Source: Planctomycetota bacterium
GTDB lineage: Bacteria; Planctomycetota; MHYJ01; JACPRB01
Assembly (NCBI GenBank): GCA_041482015.1
Contig: JBGPCZ010000005.1
Location: 4,109-68,108 of the forward strand
DNA length: 64,000 nt
Direction of reading: 5' to 3'
Position numbers and translations under genes: made by a program. Position 1 is the first letter of the stretch. Each line of letters starts with the position of its first letter. Of this stretch, positions 55,372 to 64,000 are shown piece by piece. Below the pieces are notes generated by a model, which was given only the letters and a program-made list of their open reading frames with translations, did no database searches and was not told the DNA's origin.

Positions 55372-56330
55372 TAATCGCATGGATGCTGGCCGTCGCCGTC
55401 TCGGCGCAATCCGATCTCGTCGTGCAGTCTCGTACGCGTCGCGAGGCGGGCGGATGCGAGCTCGCGATCGCGGGGAAGGCCCGGGGCTTCCCGGACGGAA
55501 CGGTCGTCACGCTTCGATTCCGGAGGATGGCCAACCGCGCGGACTGGACCTCGAAGGAGATCGTGACCGGGCCACTCGATCCCTCGTGGGTCCGCTGCGT
55601 CTCCCTCGAGCGCGGCGCGTTCCACCTTCGCGAGCGGCTGGATCCGCCGGGCGACGTGGAGGTCGAGTTCGTCCTCGCGTCCCAGGGAGTCGAGGACGGG
55701 CCGCCGGCCCTCCGCCAGGTTTTTCATGGGGCGTCCGTGGCGGAGAGGATCCGATCGCTTCGGGCGGACGCGAAGAGGATGGACCGCGCCATCGACGAGG
55801 CGGCGGCGCAACGCCGGCCGCGCGAGAAAGTCCCGTCCGGCGAACTCACCGCGACGGCCGACCTTCTCGATCTCTTTCTTTCGGACGTCGAGCGTCTGCG
55901 GGATGCACCGCCGAGAGGCGCTGTCGCGCTCTCCTCGATCACGGGCGGCCCGCTCTCCGTGGCCGGGCAGCGCGAAACCCTGGAGTGGATCGGGGAGATC
56001 GCCCGGCGCGAGCGGCGCCTCGTCATCGTCGGGGAACTGAGACGCGTCACCCAGGAAATTCTTTCGCTCGCGGCCTCCGGCGAACCCCGGAAGTGGAGCC
56101 GTGCCCTGCCGGGCCTTGAGAAATCGCTTCAAGCCCTGGAGGAAGCCGTGCGGGAGGAGAGATCCGACGATCTCAACGCGCTGACGGCGGACCTCGAGAT
56201 GCTGTTCAATCTCGCCCCCACGATCGTGGATTGTCCGGCCGCGGCTGGCCCGGAGTGGGAGAAGCTGATTCCCGAAACAGTCCATGCCGGAGCGACCCTG
56301 GAAGCGTCCCTTCGAAAGCCCATTCCATAA
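55368..56330 (+). CDS. hypothetical secreted, mostly helical protein, translationally coupled (ATGA)
   Basis: The ATG at 55368 overlaps the upstream TGA. Signal-like MIIAWMLAVAVSAQS. Confidence 0.55.
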   Translation: MIIAWMLAVAVSAQSDLVVQSRTRREAGGCELAIAGKARGFPDGTVVTLRFRRMANRADWTSKEIVTGPLDPSWVRCVSLERGAFHLRERLDPPGDVEVEFVLASQGVEDGPPALRQVFHGASVAERIRSLRADAKRMDRAIDEAAAQRRPREKVPSGELTATADLLDLFLSDVERLRDAPPRGAVALSSITGGPLSVAGQRETLEWIGEIARRERRLVIVGELRRVTQEILSLAASGEPRKWSRALPGLEKSLQALEEAVREERSDDLNALTADLEMLFNLAPTIVDCPAAAGPEWEKLIPETVHAGATLEASLRKPIP

Positions 56331-56336
56331 GAGTGA

Positions 56337-56390
56337 CCATGGGCTGGCCATGGAGTGTCTAGAGACTAGACATTTCCCTCTTTTCGTTTC
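56337..56390 (+). terminator. tandem small hairpins followed by a T-rich tract after the 51284-56330 operon
   Basis: CCATGG-GCTGG-CCATGG (56337-56353) and GTCTAG-AGA-CTAGAC (56357-56371) are followed by ATTTCCCTCTTTTCGTTTCC. Confidence 0.4.
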
Positions 56391-56485
56391 CGAGACCTTC
56401 CTTAACCTCTTGGGATTTAGTAGGTTATATACAGTCCCGTGGCAGACTGTTTGCGCTGGCTGGGGGGTTGGTTTGGGGAGGTTTC

Positions 56486-57421
56486 ATGCCGTCTAAGAAG
56501 GCTCGAATCGCCTTGGTGGCGTTCTGCCTCGTGCTGGCCTTCATGGCCGTTGCCTTCGTCACCCGAAGCCACGCGGCGGAGCAGGTTCAACCGCCCGCCG
56601 CCCAGGATGCCGAGACCGCCCAGAAGCCCGACCCCAAGCTGCTCGTCCAGCCCGTGCCCGAGCCAGAAATCGTGCTCGATGACAAGGTCAGCAAGCGGGC
56701 GGACTTCGTCGCGCAGCTTCCGACGGGGAACGGCTTCATCTTCGAGCGCAAGGACGAGAAGGGCCGGAAGGTCGCGGGCGTCGTGGTGCCGGGCATCGTC
56801 CTGGTGACGCGCGGGCTGGTCGAGCTCTTCGGCTGCGGCGAAGGGGGCAAGGAGCACGAGACGATCCTGCGGCTGGAATGCGACGTGCAGTCGCTCGACT
56901 TGGCGCTCACGTCCGCGGGCCTCAAGCGGGGAAAGCTCCCGTCGAAGTCGGACCTCTCGGAGGCCGGGCAGGGGTCGCGCGTGATCGCGCTCGTCCAGTG
57001 GACCGGCGAGGACGGGAAGACCGTGTCCCACCGTTCCGAGGACCTCGTCGTGAGCACACGCCGGCAGGCCCCGATGCCGCGCGTGGGCTGGACCTACGTG
57101 GGCGCGTGGGGCGACGTCCCCGATCCCGCGAGCCCCAAGGGTGAGAAGAAGCACAAGGTCCTCAAGGCCGCGAACAGCCGCTCGTACGTGACGACGTTCC
57201 GGGATTCGTCGGCGCTGCTGGACAACCCGCTCGAGGAGGCGACCGACGACACGATCTTCGCGGCGAACTACATGCTACTCCCGCGCTCGGGAACGCCGGT
57301 GCGCGTGATCTTCCGGACGGCGACCGAGGCGGAGCTCAAGGAGATCGCCGACCTGGAGAAGCTGATCGCGAAGGAGCCGAAGGGGCCGCTTCGCGAGGGG
57401 AAGCACCAAGGCGAGAAATGA
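56486..57421 (+). CDS. secreted hypothetical protein (possibly YdjY-like)
   Basis: GGGGAGG SD 4-5 nt upstream. TM/signal IALVAFCLVLAFMAVAFV. An ELFGCGEGGKEHETIL motif that I associate only tentatively with YdjY-domain proteins. Confidence 0.55.
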   Translation: MPSKKARIALVAFCLVLAFMAVAFVTRSHAAEQVQPPAAQDAETAQKPDPKLLVQPVPEPEIVLDDKVSKRADFVAQLPTGNGFIFERKDEKGRKVAGVVVPGIVLVTRGLVELFGCGEGGKEHETILRLECDVQSLDLALTSAGLKRGKLPSKSDLSEAGQGSRVIALVQWTGEDGKTVSHRSEDLVVSTRRQAPMPRVGWTYVGAWGDVPDPASPKGEKKHKVLKAANSRSYVTTFRDSSALLDNPLEEATDDTIFAANYMLLPRSGTPVRVIFRTATEAELKEIADLEKLIAKEPKGPLREGKHQGEK

Positions 57422-58335
57422 ACGACCTGGAGCGCCGTCTCGCATCCCTGCGTCGCCGGATCCGCGCGGGCCGCGCGGCCGAGGCCGGCGCGCGCGGGGC
57501 GTTCTACGCCTCTCTCGCGGCGTGCGCCCTCCTGGCGGCATTGCGGATCGGCGGACTTCTCGTGCCGGGCGCGGTCGCGTGGGCCGCAATCGCGGCCGTC
57601 GCGCTGGCGCTCGCGCTCCGCGAGGGGGCGCGGTCCTTCACGATCCGCGACTGCGCGATCCATCTCGACCGACTCCTGGGACTGGAGGAGCGGCTCTCGA
57701 CCGCGGTCGAGGCCGACGGGCCGATGCACGACGCCCAGGCCGCCGACGCGGCGGCCGCCCTTTCCCGGGTCGCGATCCCCGCGCGGCGCCTGCCGCGCGA
57801 GGCCCGGCTCCTGGCCGGCAGCGCGCTTCTCGTGGGGGCGATCCTCCTCATCCGGACGCCGGCGAGCGCGGGGGGGGCGGACGATCCGGCGCTCGTCGCG
57901 GTGAGCGACGACGTCGTCCGGATGCTGGAGAACGCCACGTCCGACCGGATCGAGTTCCGCGAGGTGGCGGAAATGATCAAGAGGGGCCGGCTCGACGAGG
58001 CGGCCGCCGGCCTCCGGAGCCTGGCGGACCGGCTGGAGCAGGAACGGTTGCAGGGCGGCGGCGGCGCGCAGGCCGAAAAGGAGCGAGAGGCCGCGACCGC
58101 CGGCGCGGCGGCGCTCTCCGCGGAGCTGGCCCGGCTGGGCCGGCCGGTGCGGGCGACGCCGCCCACGATCGTGGCGCTCAAGCTCGAGCGGCAGCGACTG
58201 GGCGGGGCCCCCGCCAGCTCGTTCACGGGAGACCCCGGGACCGCGCGGGCGGTGGCGACGGCGCTGGAACGGGCCGACTGGGCCCCGAGGTATGATGCGG
58301 TGATTCGAACGTATTTTGGGAGCGACTCCAGATGA
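57418..58335 (+). CDS. membrane protein, hypothetical (DUF4175-like N-terminus, tentative)
   Basis: ATGA overlap with the upstream gene. Two N-terminal TM segments after an RRRIRAGRAAE stretch. Confidence 0.5.
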   Translation: MNDLERRLASLRRRIRAGRAAEAGARGAFYASLAACALLAALRIGGLLVPGAVAWAAIAAVALALALREGARSFTIRDCAIHLDRLLGLEERLSTAVEADGPMHDAQAADAAAALSRVAIPARRLPREARLLAGSALLVGAILLIRTPASAGGADDPALVAVSDDVVRMLENATSDRIEFREVAEMIKRGRLDEAAAGLRSLADRLEQERLQGGGGAQAEKEREAATAGAAALSAELARLGRPVRATPPTIVALKLERQRLGGAPASSFTGDPGTARAVATALERADWAPRYDAVIRTYFGSDSR

Positions 58336-59540
58336 AGACCCTGGCAATGGCGGCGGCAGGATGGATCCTGGTCCTCGGCCCGGCACAGGCGGCGCCGCAG
58401 GACGGCGACCTTTCGAAGAGGCTGATGGAGACCTGGTCGAAGGCGGCCGACTGGCTGGCCTCCCAGCAGGATGCGGCGGGCGCCTGGCAGATGGGGCCGG
58501 CGGGCAAGACGGAGCCGAGCTCCGCCTACACCGCGCTCATCGTGGCGAGCCTCGCCAACGCGCCCAAGTCCGTCCGCGAGAAGTACAAGCCCGCGGTCGA
58601 CAAGGGGATCGCGTACCTCGTCGGGAGGGTCAACGCCGACGGCTCGTTCGGCGAGGGCAAGACGGGCGCGTTCATGAAGACCTACACGACCGCCCTCGCG
58701 CTCATGGCGCTGGCGACGGTCGACCGCGACAAGCATGCCGACAAGATCCGCGGCGCGCAGGCCTACCTCAAGAACAACCAGCTCAAGGAGGGCGCGCACC
58801 GCGGCGGCAACGGCTACGGCGACGAGGAGCCCAAGGCCGGCGGCGTCGTCGTCAAGAAGGAGATCGCGAACGTCTCGGTGACCGGGTTCAGCGCGGAGGC
58901 GCTCGAGGTCTCGGGCCTGCCCAAGGACGACGAGTACTGGAAGCTCGTCGTCGAGTTCGTCCGGAAGTGCCAGAACAACAGCGAGGTGAACAACGACCCG
59001 GAGTTCGTCTCGAAGCTCAAGGCCAAGGGCCTCGTGGTGGGCGAGGACGGCGGGCTGTACTACACGCCCGTGGCCGACCCGACGCTCCAGAAGGCGGGGA
59101 CGAAGAAGATCGCCGACAAGGAGTCGATCGCGAGCTACGGCGCGATGACCTACGAGGGCATCAAGACCTACATTTACGCGGGGCTGAAGAAGGACTCGCC
59201 CGAGGTGAAGGCGGCGGTGGACTGGGTTCGGAAGAATTATTCCGTCGAAGCCCACCCCGGCTTTGCGTACGACGAAGTCAAGCGCAACCACCTGCGGGGC
59301 TTGTATTATTACTATCTCGTGATGGGCCGCGCGCTCGATGCGTACGGCGAGAACCCGTTCACGACGTTCGACGGGAAGAAGCACGACTGGCCGAGGGAGC
59401 TGGGGGAACAGCTGCTGAAGACGGTCCGCGAATCGAAGATGTGGGTGAACGACAACGCGGGCTGGTTCGAAGGGGACGCGGTGCTCGTGACGACTTACGT
59501 CGTCGGCACCTGCGACATCCTCTTCAAGCACTTGAAATAG
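58332..59540 (+). CDS. prenyltransferase/squalene-oxidase-repeat (terpenoid-cyclase-fold) secreted protein
   Basis: ATGA overlap with the upstream gene, plus a signal peptide. Repeats of the QQDAAGAW / NADGSFG type. Confidence 0.7.
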   Translation: MKTLAMAAAGWILVLGPAQAAPQDGDLSKRLMETWSKAADWLASQQDAAGAWQMGPAGKTEPSSAYTALIVASLANAPKSVREKYKPAVDKGIAYLVGRVNADGSFGEGKTGAFMKTYTTALALMALATVDRDKHADKIRGAQAYLKNNQLKEGAHRGGNGYGDEEPKAGGVVVKKEIANVSVTGFSAEALEVSGLPKDDEYWKLVVEFVRKCQNNSEVNNDPEFVSKLKAKGLVVGEDGGLYYTPVADPTLQKAGTKKIADKESIASYGAMTYEGIKTYIYAGLKKDSPEVKAAVDWVRKNYSVEAHPGFAYDEVKRNHLRGLYYYYLVMGRALDAYGENPFTTFDGKKHDWPRELGEQLLKTVRESKMWVNDNAGWFEGDAVLVTTYVVGTCDILFKHLK

Positions 59541-59565
59541 CGGGACCTAGGGAAGCGAGGCAGCG

Positions 59566-60795
59566 ATGGACAAGAAGACGGGCGTCTGGATCGTGGGGGC
59601 GTGCGGGAGCGTGGCCACCTGCGCCGTGGTCGGCGTCGAGGCGATCAAGGCCGGCGTGATCGGCACCTCCGGCCTGGTGAGCGAGCTCCCCGAGTTCAAG
59701 GAACTCGGCCTCCTGCCCTTTGAGAACGTCGTCTTCGGCGGCCACGAGATCCGTCCCGTGGACTGGATCGCCGCCGCGGAGGAGTTCGGCCAGGAGAACG
59801 GCGTCATCACCCCGCAGATCCTGGACGCCGTCCGCCCCGCGCTCGCGAAGCACTCGGAAAACCTGCGCCCCGGCGTCACGCTCAACAGCGGCGCGGGTGT
59901 CCGCTCGATCGCCCCGCAGTCCGCCGACCGGAAGCTTACGCTCCGGGAGATGGTGAACCAGATCAAGAAGGACCTTTCCGAATTCCGCCTGAGGCACGGC
60001 CTGGACGAGCTGGTGGTGGTCCACCTGACCTCGGCCGAGCCGCACTTCGTGCCGCCCCGCGAATTCAATTACCTCGAGAGCTTCCTCGCGCTCCTCGAGG
60101 CCGACCGGCGCGATCTCTTTCCGGCCAGCGTCCTCTACGCGATGGCGGCGATCGAGTCGGGCTCGCCGTACGTCAACTTCACGACCTGCATCGGCTCGAG
60201 CTTCCCGGCGATGGACGAGCTGGCGCGGAAGCACGGCGTCCCGCACGTGGGCCGCGACGGCAAGACCGGCGAGACGCTCATGAAAACGACGCTCGCGCCG
60301 ATGTTCGTCGCGCGGAACCTGAAGGTCATGAGCTGGGAAGGCTACAACATGCTGGGCAACCGGGACGGCAAGGTCCTGGACGCGCCCGACGCGAACGCCG
60401 CGAAGTGCAAGGACAAGGACGCCTGCCTGCGCGACATCCTGAACGACGACGAGACCCACTCGCGCGTGCGGATCGACTACGTGCCGTCGCTCGGCGACTG
60501 GAAGACGGCGTGGGACTTCATCCACTTCCAGGGCTTCCTCGGAACGAAGATGATCCTCCAGTTCATCTGGCAGGGCTGCGACTCGGCGCTCGCGTCGCCG
60601 CTCGTGCTCGACCTCGTCCGCTTCGCCGAGTACGCGCACCGCTCGAACGAGAGCGGCAACCTGCGCCACCTGGCCTGCTTCTTCAAGGCCCCCTACGAGG
60701 CGGCCGAGCACGGCTTCTTCAAGCAGAACGTGGCGCTCTTCGAGTACGCCGCGGCGCACCGCAAGGCGGGCCAGCCCGCCCGCGCGAGTCGGTAG
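59566..60795 (+). CDS. ino1: inositol-3-phosphate synthase (myo-inositol-1-phosphate synthase)
   Basis: GVWIVGACGSVATC Rossmann start and the SWEGYNMLGNRDG motif characteristic of MIPS. Confidence 0.85.
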   Translation: MDKKTGVWIVGACGSVATCAVVGVEAIKAGVIGTSGLVSELPEFKELGLLPFENVVFGGHEIRPVDWIAAAEEFGQENGVITPQILDAVRPALAKHSENLRPGVTLNSGAGVRSIAPQSADRKLTLREMVNQIKKDLSEFRLRHGLDELVVVHLTSAEPHFVPPREFNYLESFLALLEADRRDLFPASVLYAMAAIESGSPYVNFTTCIGSSFPAMDELARKHGVPHVGRDGKTGETLMKTTLAPMFVARNLKVMSWEGYNMLGNRDGKVLDAPDANAAKCKDKDACLRDILNDDETHSRVRIDYVPSLGDWKTAWDFIHFQGFLGTKMILQFIWQGCDSALASPLVLDLVRFAEYAHRSNESGNLRHLACFFKAPYEAAEHGFFKQNVALFEYAAAHRKAGQPARASR

Positions 60796-61007
60796 CGATC
60801 CGTTCGGCCCTCTTCCTCGCGCTGGCATCGTGGGGATGCGGGTCCTTCGATACGGGTCCGCCGGATGGCGGCGCTTCGAGATCTGCGTCCCGCAGACCTG
60901 CGACACGGAAGACGCGGTGATGGAAGAACGTTTCGGCGCCTCCGTGACCGACCTCCGATTCTCGCCTTCCCGCTGAGTGCGGGGTACACTCCAGCAGGGC
61001 CAACATC

Positions 61008-61403
61008 ATGAAGGGCGAGCTCAAAATCCAGGTCGAACCGCGAGGTGATCTGGCGGCTCAGGTGTCCCTCGAGGGATCGGTCGACGGCCACACTTTCGAC
61101 CGCCTCTCGAAGGCCGTGGACGAGATCGTCGAGGCCGGCACGCTCTGGCTGGTCGTCGATCTCGCGAAGATGGATTACGTCGCGAGCGTGGGCCTCAACC
61201 TGCTGGTGAACGCGCGCGTCTCGCGGAGGAACGCGGGCGGGGAGATGATCCTCGTCCGCCCGCAGCCCCAGGTCATGAAGATCCTGAAGATGCTCGGGCT
61301 GACCGAGATCCTCATCCTGACCTCGACCCCCGAGGAGGCGTGGGCGCGCATCCGGTCGTCCGCGGCCTCGCCGGGCGAGGACGGCGTGCCCCTGATCCAA
61401 TAG
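61008..61403 (+). CDS. STAS-domain anti-sigma-factor antagonist-like protein
   Basis: LVVDLAKMDYVASVGLNLLVNA...KILKMLGLTEIL is the SpoIIAA-like STAS pattern. Confidence 0.8.
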   Translation: MKGELKIQVEPRGDLAAQVSLEGSVDGHTFDRLSKAVDEIVEAGTLWLVVDLAKMDYVASVGLNLLVNARVSRRNAGGEMILVRPQPQVMKILKMLGLTEILILTSTPEEAWARIRSSAASPGEDGVPLIQ

Positions 61404-61408
61404 GACTT

Positions 61409-62566
61409 ATGGGCCGTGAAATAGTCTACTGCGAGGGCTGCGGGAAGCGGCTCACCGAGGACGACTTCGACCGCGGCAAGGCCCAGACCCTCGACCACCG
61501 CCATTACTGCTCGAGCTGCCGGCCGGTCACGGCGCCACCCCCGGCGCCCCGTCCCGCCGCGGAGCGGGCCACCGAGCGGCGCGGGACGACCACCTCGAAG
61601 CGCAAGTCGCCCACCGGCTGGGTCCCCCGCGTCCCTCCCCCGGCCCCGGAGCCCCGCGGCAAGGAGGGTCGCGTGGCCCTGATCGCGGGGGGCGCGCTCG
61701 CGGCGGTGGCCGTCATCATCATCGCGGTATCGATGGCGGGCGGCAAGCCCGCGGAACCGGTGGCGTCCAGGCCGCCGCCGGAGCCCCGCGAAGATGTCGA
61801 CGCGCGCCTTCGCGAGCTCGAGGCCCTCGCCGCCGCGGTGAGCGATCCGGAGGCGGTCCTCGTGCGCTGCGATCAGCTCCGGGCGACCTTCCGCGGGGCG
61901 CCGCAGGAGGCGCGATTCAAGCAGCTGGAGTTCCGCGCGCTGGAGAGAAAACAGGAGAAGGAGCGGTCGGTCGAGCTGGATCGGTCGCTCGCGGCGCTCC
62001 GCAAGATCATGCAGGAGGACCCCGAGGGCGCCCGGCGGGTGGACGTGGAGAGCCAGCTCGACGCGGCGCTCAAGAAGGCGGGGCCCCGGAGCGGCGAGGT
62101 CGCGAAGCTCCGGGCGGAGTATCGCGCCCAATGCGAGCTGGCGGCGAAGACCCGGGAGAGCGCAAAGGCCCCGCCGAGAGAATGGGCCCAGTGCTTTCTC
62201 CTCGCGGGAAACAAGATCCAGGCCAACGACTACCCCGCGGCCAAGGTCCTCTACCTCGAGGGGCTCGCGACGCTGCCCCCGGTCCGCCCCGAGGACCTGA
62301 AGGAGAGATTCGTCTACTGTGCCGGGCTTTACAACCTGGCCTGCGTCCTCTCCGTTGGATCCGCCCAGCTCAAGGACGCCGCGCGGAAGGAGGCGCAAGA
62401 CGACGCCTTCAAGTACCTCGAGGGGGCCCTTCGGAGCGACTACGGCCGCTTCCGATGCCCCTGCCATCCCCAGGCAGGGGGCCTCGGCCACATGGCCGAG
62501 GACAAGGACATGGAGCCCATCCGCGCCGACCCTCGCTACGCCGCGCTCCTCGGAAGGTATAAATAG
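61409..62566 (+). CDS. zinc-ribbon, single-TM hypothetical protein
   Basis: CEGCGK...CSSC zinc ribbon. TM segment VALIAGGALAAVAVIIIAV. Helical C-terminal part. Confidence 0.55.
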   Translation: MGREIVYCEGCGKRLTEDDFDRGKAQTLDHRHYCSSCRPVTAPPPAPRPAAERATERRGTTTSKRKSPTGWVPRVPPPAPEPRGKEGRVALIAGGALAAVAVIIIAVSMAGGKPAEPVASRPPPEPREDVDARLRELEALAAAVSDPEAVLVRCDQLRATFRGAPQEARFKQLEFRALERKQEKERSVELDRSLAALRKIMQEDPEGARRVDVESQLDAALKKAGPRSGEVAKLRAEYRAQCELAAKTRESAKAPPREWAQCFLLAGNKIQANDYPAAKVLYLEGLATLPPVRPEDLKERFVYCAGLYNLACVLSVGSAQLKDAARKEAQDDAFKYLEGALRSDYGRFRCPCHPQAGGLGHMAEDKDMEPIRADPRYAALLGRYK

Positions 62567-62577
62567 TCGGCTGGACC

Positions 62578-62607
62578 TTGCCCGCCCCCTTTTGGCGTCG
62601 TTATAAT
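62578..62607 (+). promoter_or_regulatory. promoter candidate TTGCCC-18 nt-TATAAT, 8 nt upstream of ATG 62616
   Basis: Perfect -10 consensus with no SD. Confidence 0.4.
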
Positions 62608-62615
62608 CTCCGGCC

Positions 62616-63830
62616 ATGCGATTCCAGGGATGTCTCGCGCTCGTCGTCGCGCTGGCCGCGACCGCCCGCGCCCAGGAACCCCCGAAAAAAGAGACTGTCA
62701 CCATCCCCGGCACGACCGTGAAGTTCGACCTCGTCCTCCTCCCCGGCGGAAAGGCGATCGTCGGAAGCCCGGAGGGCGAGCCCGGGCGGAAGAAGGACGA
62801 GGTTCAGCGCGAGGTCCAGCTCAAGCCCTTCTGGATCGGCACGCACGAGGTTACGTGGGAGGAGTACTCGCTCTACTACGAAAGCTGGAAGCTCGCGAAA
62901 GTCGACGGCGTCACGCGGCCGTCGCAGCCCGACGTGATCGACCCCAAGGAGCCGTTCCCCAACGGCGCCGACCAGGGGAAGCGGCACCCCGCGCTGTCGA
63001 TCGGCTGGTACGGCGCCGCGGGCTACTGCGAGTGGCTGTCGAAGAAAACCGGCCAGAAGTACCGCCTGCCGACCGAGACCGAGTGGGAATACGCCGCGCG
63101 CGCGGGATCGAAGGACGCCGTGGCCGGCGCGCTCGACGAGCTCGCATGGCACAAGGGGACGAGCGGCGAGCACACCCACGAGGTCGGCGAGAAGAAGCCC
63201 AACGCCTTCGGCCTCCACGATGTTCTCGGCAACGCGTGGGAGAACTGCCTCGAGCCGTTCGCGCCCCCGGCCGCCGCGCCCGTCGTCCGCGGCGGCGGCT
63301 GGAATACGCCGGCGAAGGACGTCCGCCTCGCGAATCGCCAGGTCGTCCCCGACGACTGGGCCGAGCGCGACCCCAAGCGCCCGCTCCGCCTCTGGTGGCT
63401 CACCGACGGAAACTTTGTCGGCCTCCGCATCGTCCGCGTCCCCGACTCCGGCGGGAAGGACGCGGCGGCGAAGGTGGTCGTGAAGGACCTCAAGATCGTG
63501 AAGGGGGGGAAGCGCCCCGACTTCCTCGACCGGGTGACCGGCGAGATCGTCAACTCCGGTGACGCGACGCTCGACGAGGTCGAGGTCACCGTCTTCTTCC
63601 TCGACGAGGAGGGGAAGCCGATGATGAAGGATCCGAAGGACAAGCCCTCGTACAACCTCGTCTACCCGGTGCTCGCGAACAGCGCGCACGGCGACGCCGT
63701 CCGCGCGCCGCTCAAGAAGGGCGAGTCCCGGAAATTCGAGCTCGACGTCCCGCACCCGTTCCTCGAGACCGGCCCGCTCGACCTCGACAAGGTCCAGGGC
63801 CGCGTGACCCACGTTCATGTCGCCCCGTGA
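62616..63830 (+). CDS. formylglycine-generating-enzyme (FGE-sulfatase/SUMF1) family protein with extra C-terminal beta domain
   Basis: FWIGTHEVTWEEY, RLPTETEWEYAARAG, GLHDVLGNAWEN and RGGGW motifs. Confidence 0.85.
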   Translation: MRFQGCLALVVALAATARAQEPPKKETVTIPGTTVKFDLVLLPGGKAIVGSPEGEPGRKKDEVQREVQLKPFWIGTHEVTWEEYSLYYESWKLAKVDGVTRPSQPDVIDPKEPFPNGADQGKRHPALSIGWYGAAGYCEWLSKKTGQKYRLPTETEWEYAARAGSKDAVAGALDELAWHKGTSGEHTHEVGEKKPNAFGLHDVLGNAWENCLEPFAPPAAAPVVRGGGWNTPAKDVRLANRQVVPDDWAERDPKRPLRLWWLTDGNFVGLRIVRVPDSGGKDAAAKVVVKDLKIVKGGKRPDFLDRVTGEIVNSGDATLDEVEVTVFFLDEEGKPMMKDPKDKPSYNLVYPVLANSAHGDAVRAPLKKGESRKFELDVPHPFLETGPLDLDKVQGRVTHVHVAP

Positions 63831-63840
63831 CAGGAGCCCG

Positions 63841-64000
63841 ATGATGCTGGTCCCGATCCTCCTCCTCGCGATCGCCTGCTCGCCCAAGGCGCCGCCCGTG
63901 CAGGAGCCGCCGCCGACGCCGGAGAAGGTCGAGATCCCCGGCTCGAAGCTCTCGTTCGACCTGGTCCCGCTCAAGGGCGGACGCGTGAAGGTCGGGAGTC
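63841..64000 (+). CDS. second FGE-like lipoprotein, N-terminal fragment (3' end lies outside the window)
   Basis: MMLVPILLLAIACS looks like a lipobox. VEIPGSKLSFDLVPLKGGRVKVGS parallels VTIPGTTVKFDLVLLPGGKAIVGS of the preceding gene. Confidence 0.5.
   Translation, partial: MMLVPILLLAIACSPKAPPVQEPPPTPEKVEIPGSKLSFDLVPLKGGRVKVGS

Noticed and set aside
60795-60920. Lipoprotein-like peptide (AIRSALFLALASWGCGSF...) in the 212-nt gap after the inositol-3-phosphate synthase gene.
   Set aside because: No ATG, GTG or TTG start codon precedes the hydrophobic segment in that frame, and the frame is open only from inside the upstream gene. There is no SD.

Overview
This is a 64-kb, visibly GC-rich bacterial chromosomal segment; third codon positions are dominated by G/C. 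It holds about 56 tightly packed protein-coding genes on both strands. I recognise no rRNA, tRNA, CRISPR array, transposase or integrase. The gene content looks Planctomycetota-like (inference): DUF1501, DUF1080, FGE-sulfatase, CRTAC1/ASPIC FG-GAP proteins, PilZ, very large Ser/Thr kinases, giant secreted proteins and a prenyltransferase-repeat protein. Housekeeping genes recognised are queA, alr, tsaB, rsmB, glnS, inositol-3-phosphate synthase and mcsA/mcsB. Accessory content includes an ECF sigma/anti-sigma module followed by LTXXQ-type coiled-coil proteins, and a lower-GC VapBC-type toxin-antitoxin pair. It also includes DUF58 plus a BatA-like vWA gene, and a sugar-utilisation cluster (RbsABC-like ABC transporter, MFS, DUF1080, TIM-barrel isomerase, two hexulose-6-phosphate-synthase-like genes). 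Finally there is an orphan GspK-like 1181-aa protein with two unknown coupled ORFs. The most interesting observations are these. (1) Three conserved genes are interrupted by single in-frame stop codons. Two are TGA codons followed by GC-rich stem-loops, one exactly at the CxxC position of a thioredoxin fold, so they are candidate selenoproteins; they could equally be nonsense mutations or sequence errors. (2) A 1741-aa protein has an unrecognised N-terminal ~600 aa carrying a G-S-x11-D-x-D nucleotidyltransferase-like motif, a hydrophobic block, four ~116-aa beta-sandwich-like repeats and a DUF2135-like end. (3) There are two families of long palindromic intergenic elements. One includes a 64-nt perfect AT-rich hairpin. 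The other is a pair of about 70-nt imperfect palindromes sharing an exact inverted 16-mer, which bracket the HPS-RraA/mcsA genes and abut the mcsB start codon. (4) A -10-like hexamer recurs 8-12 nt upstream of start codons, suggesting widespread leaderless mRNAs. All functional calls rest on motif recognition by eye; no database search was run.
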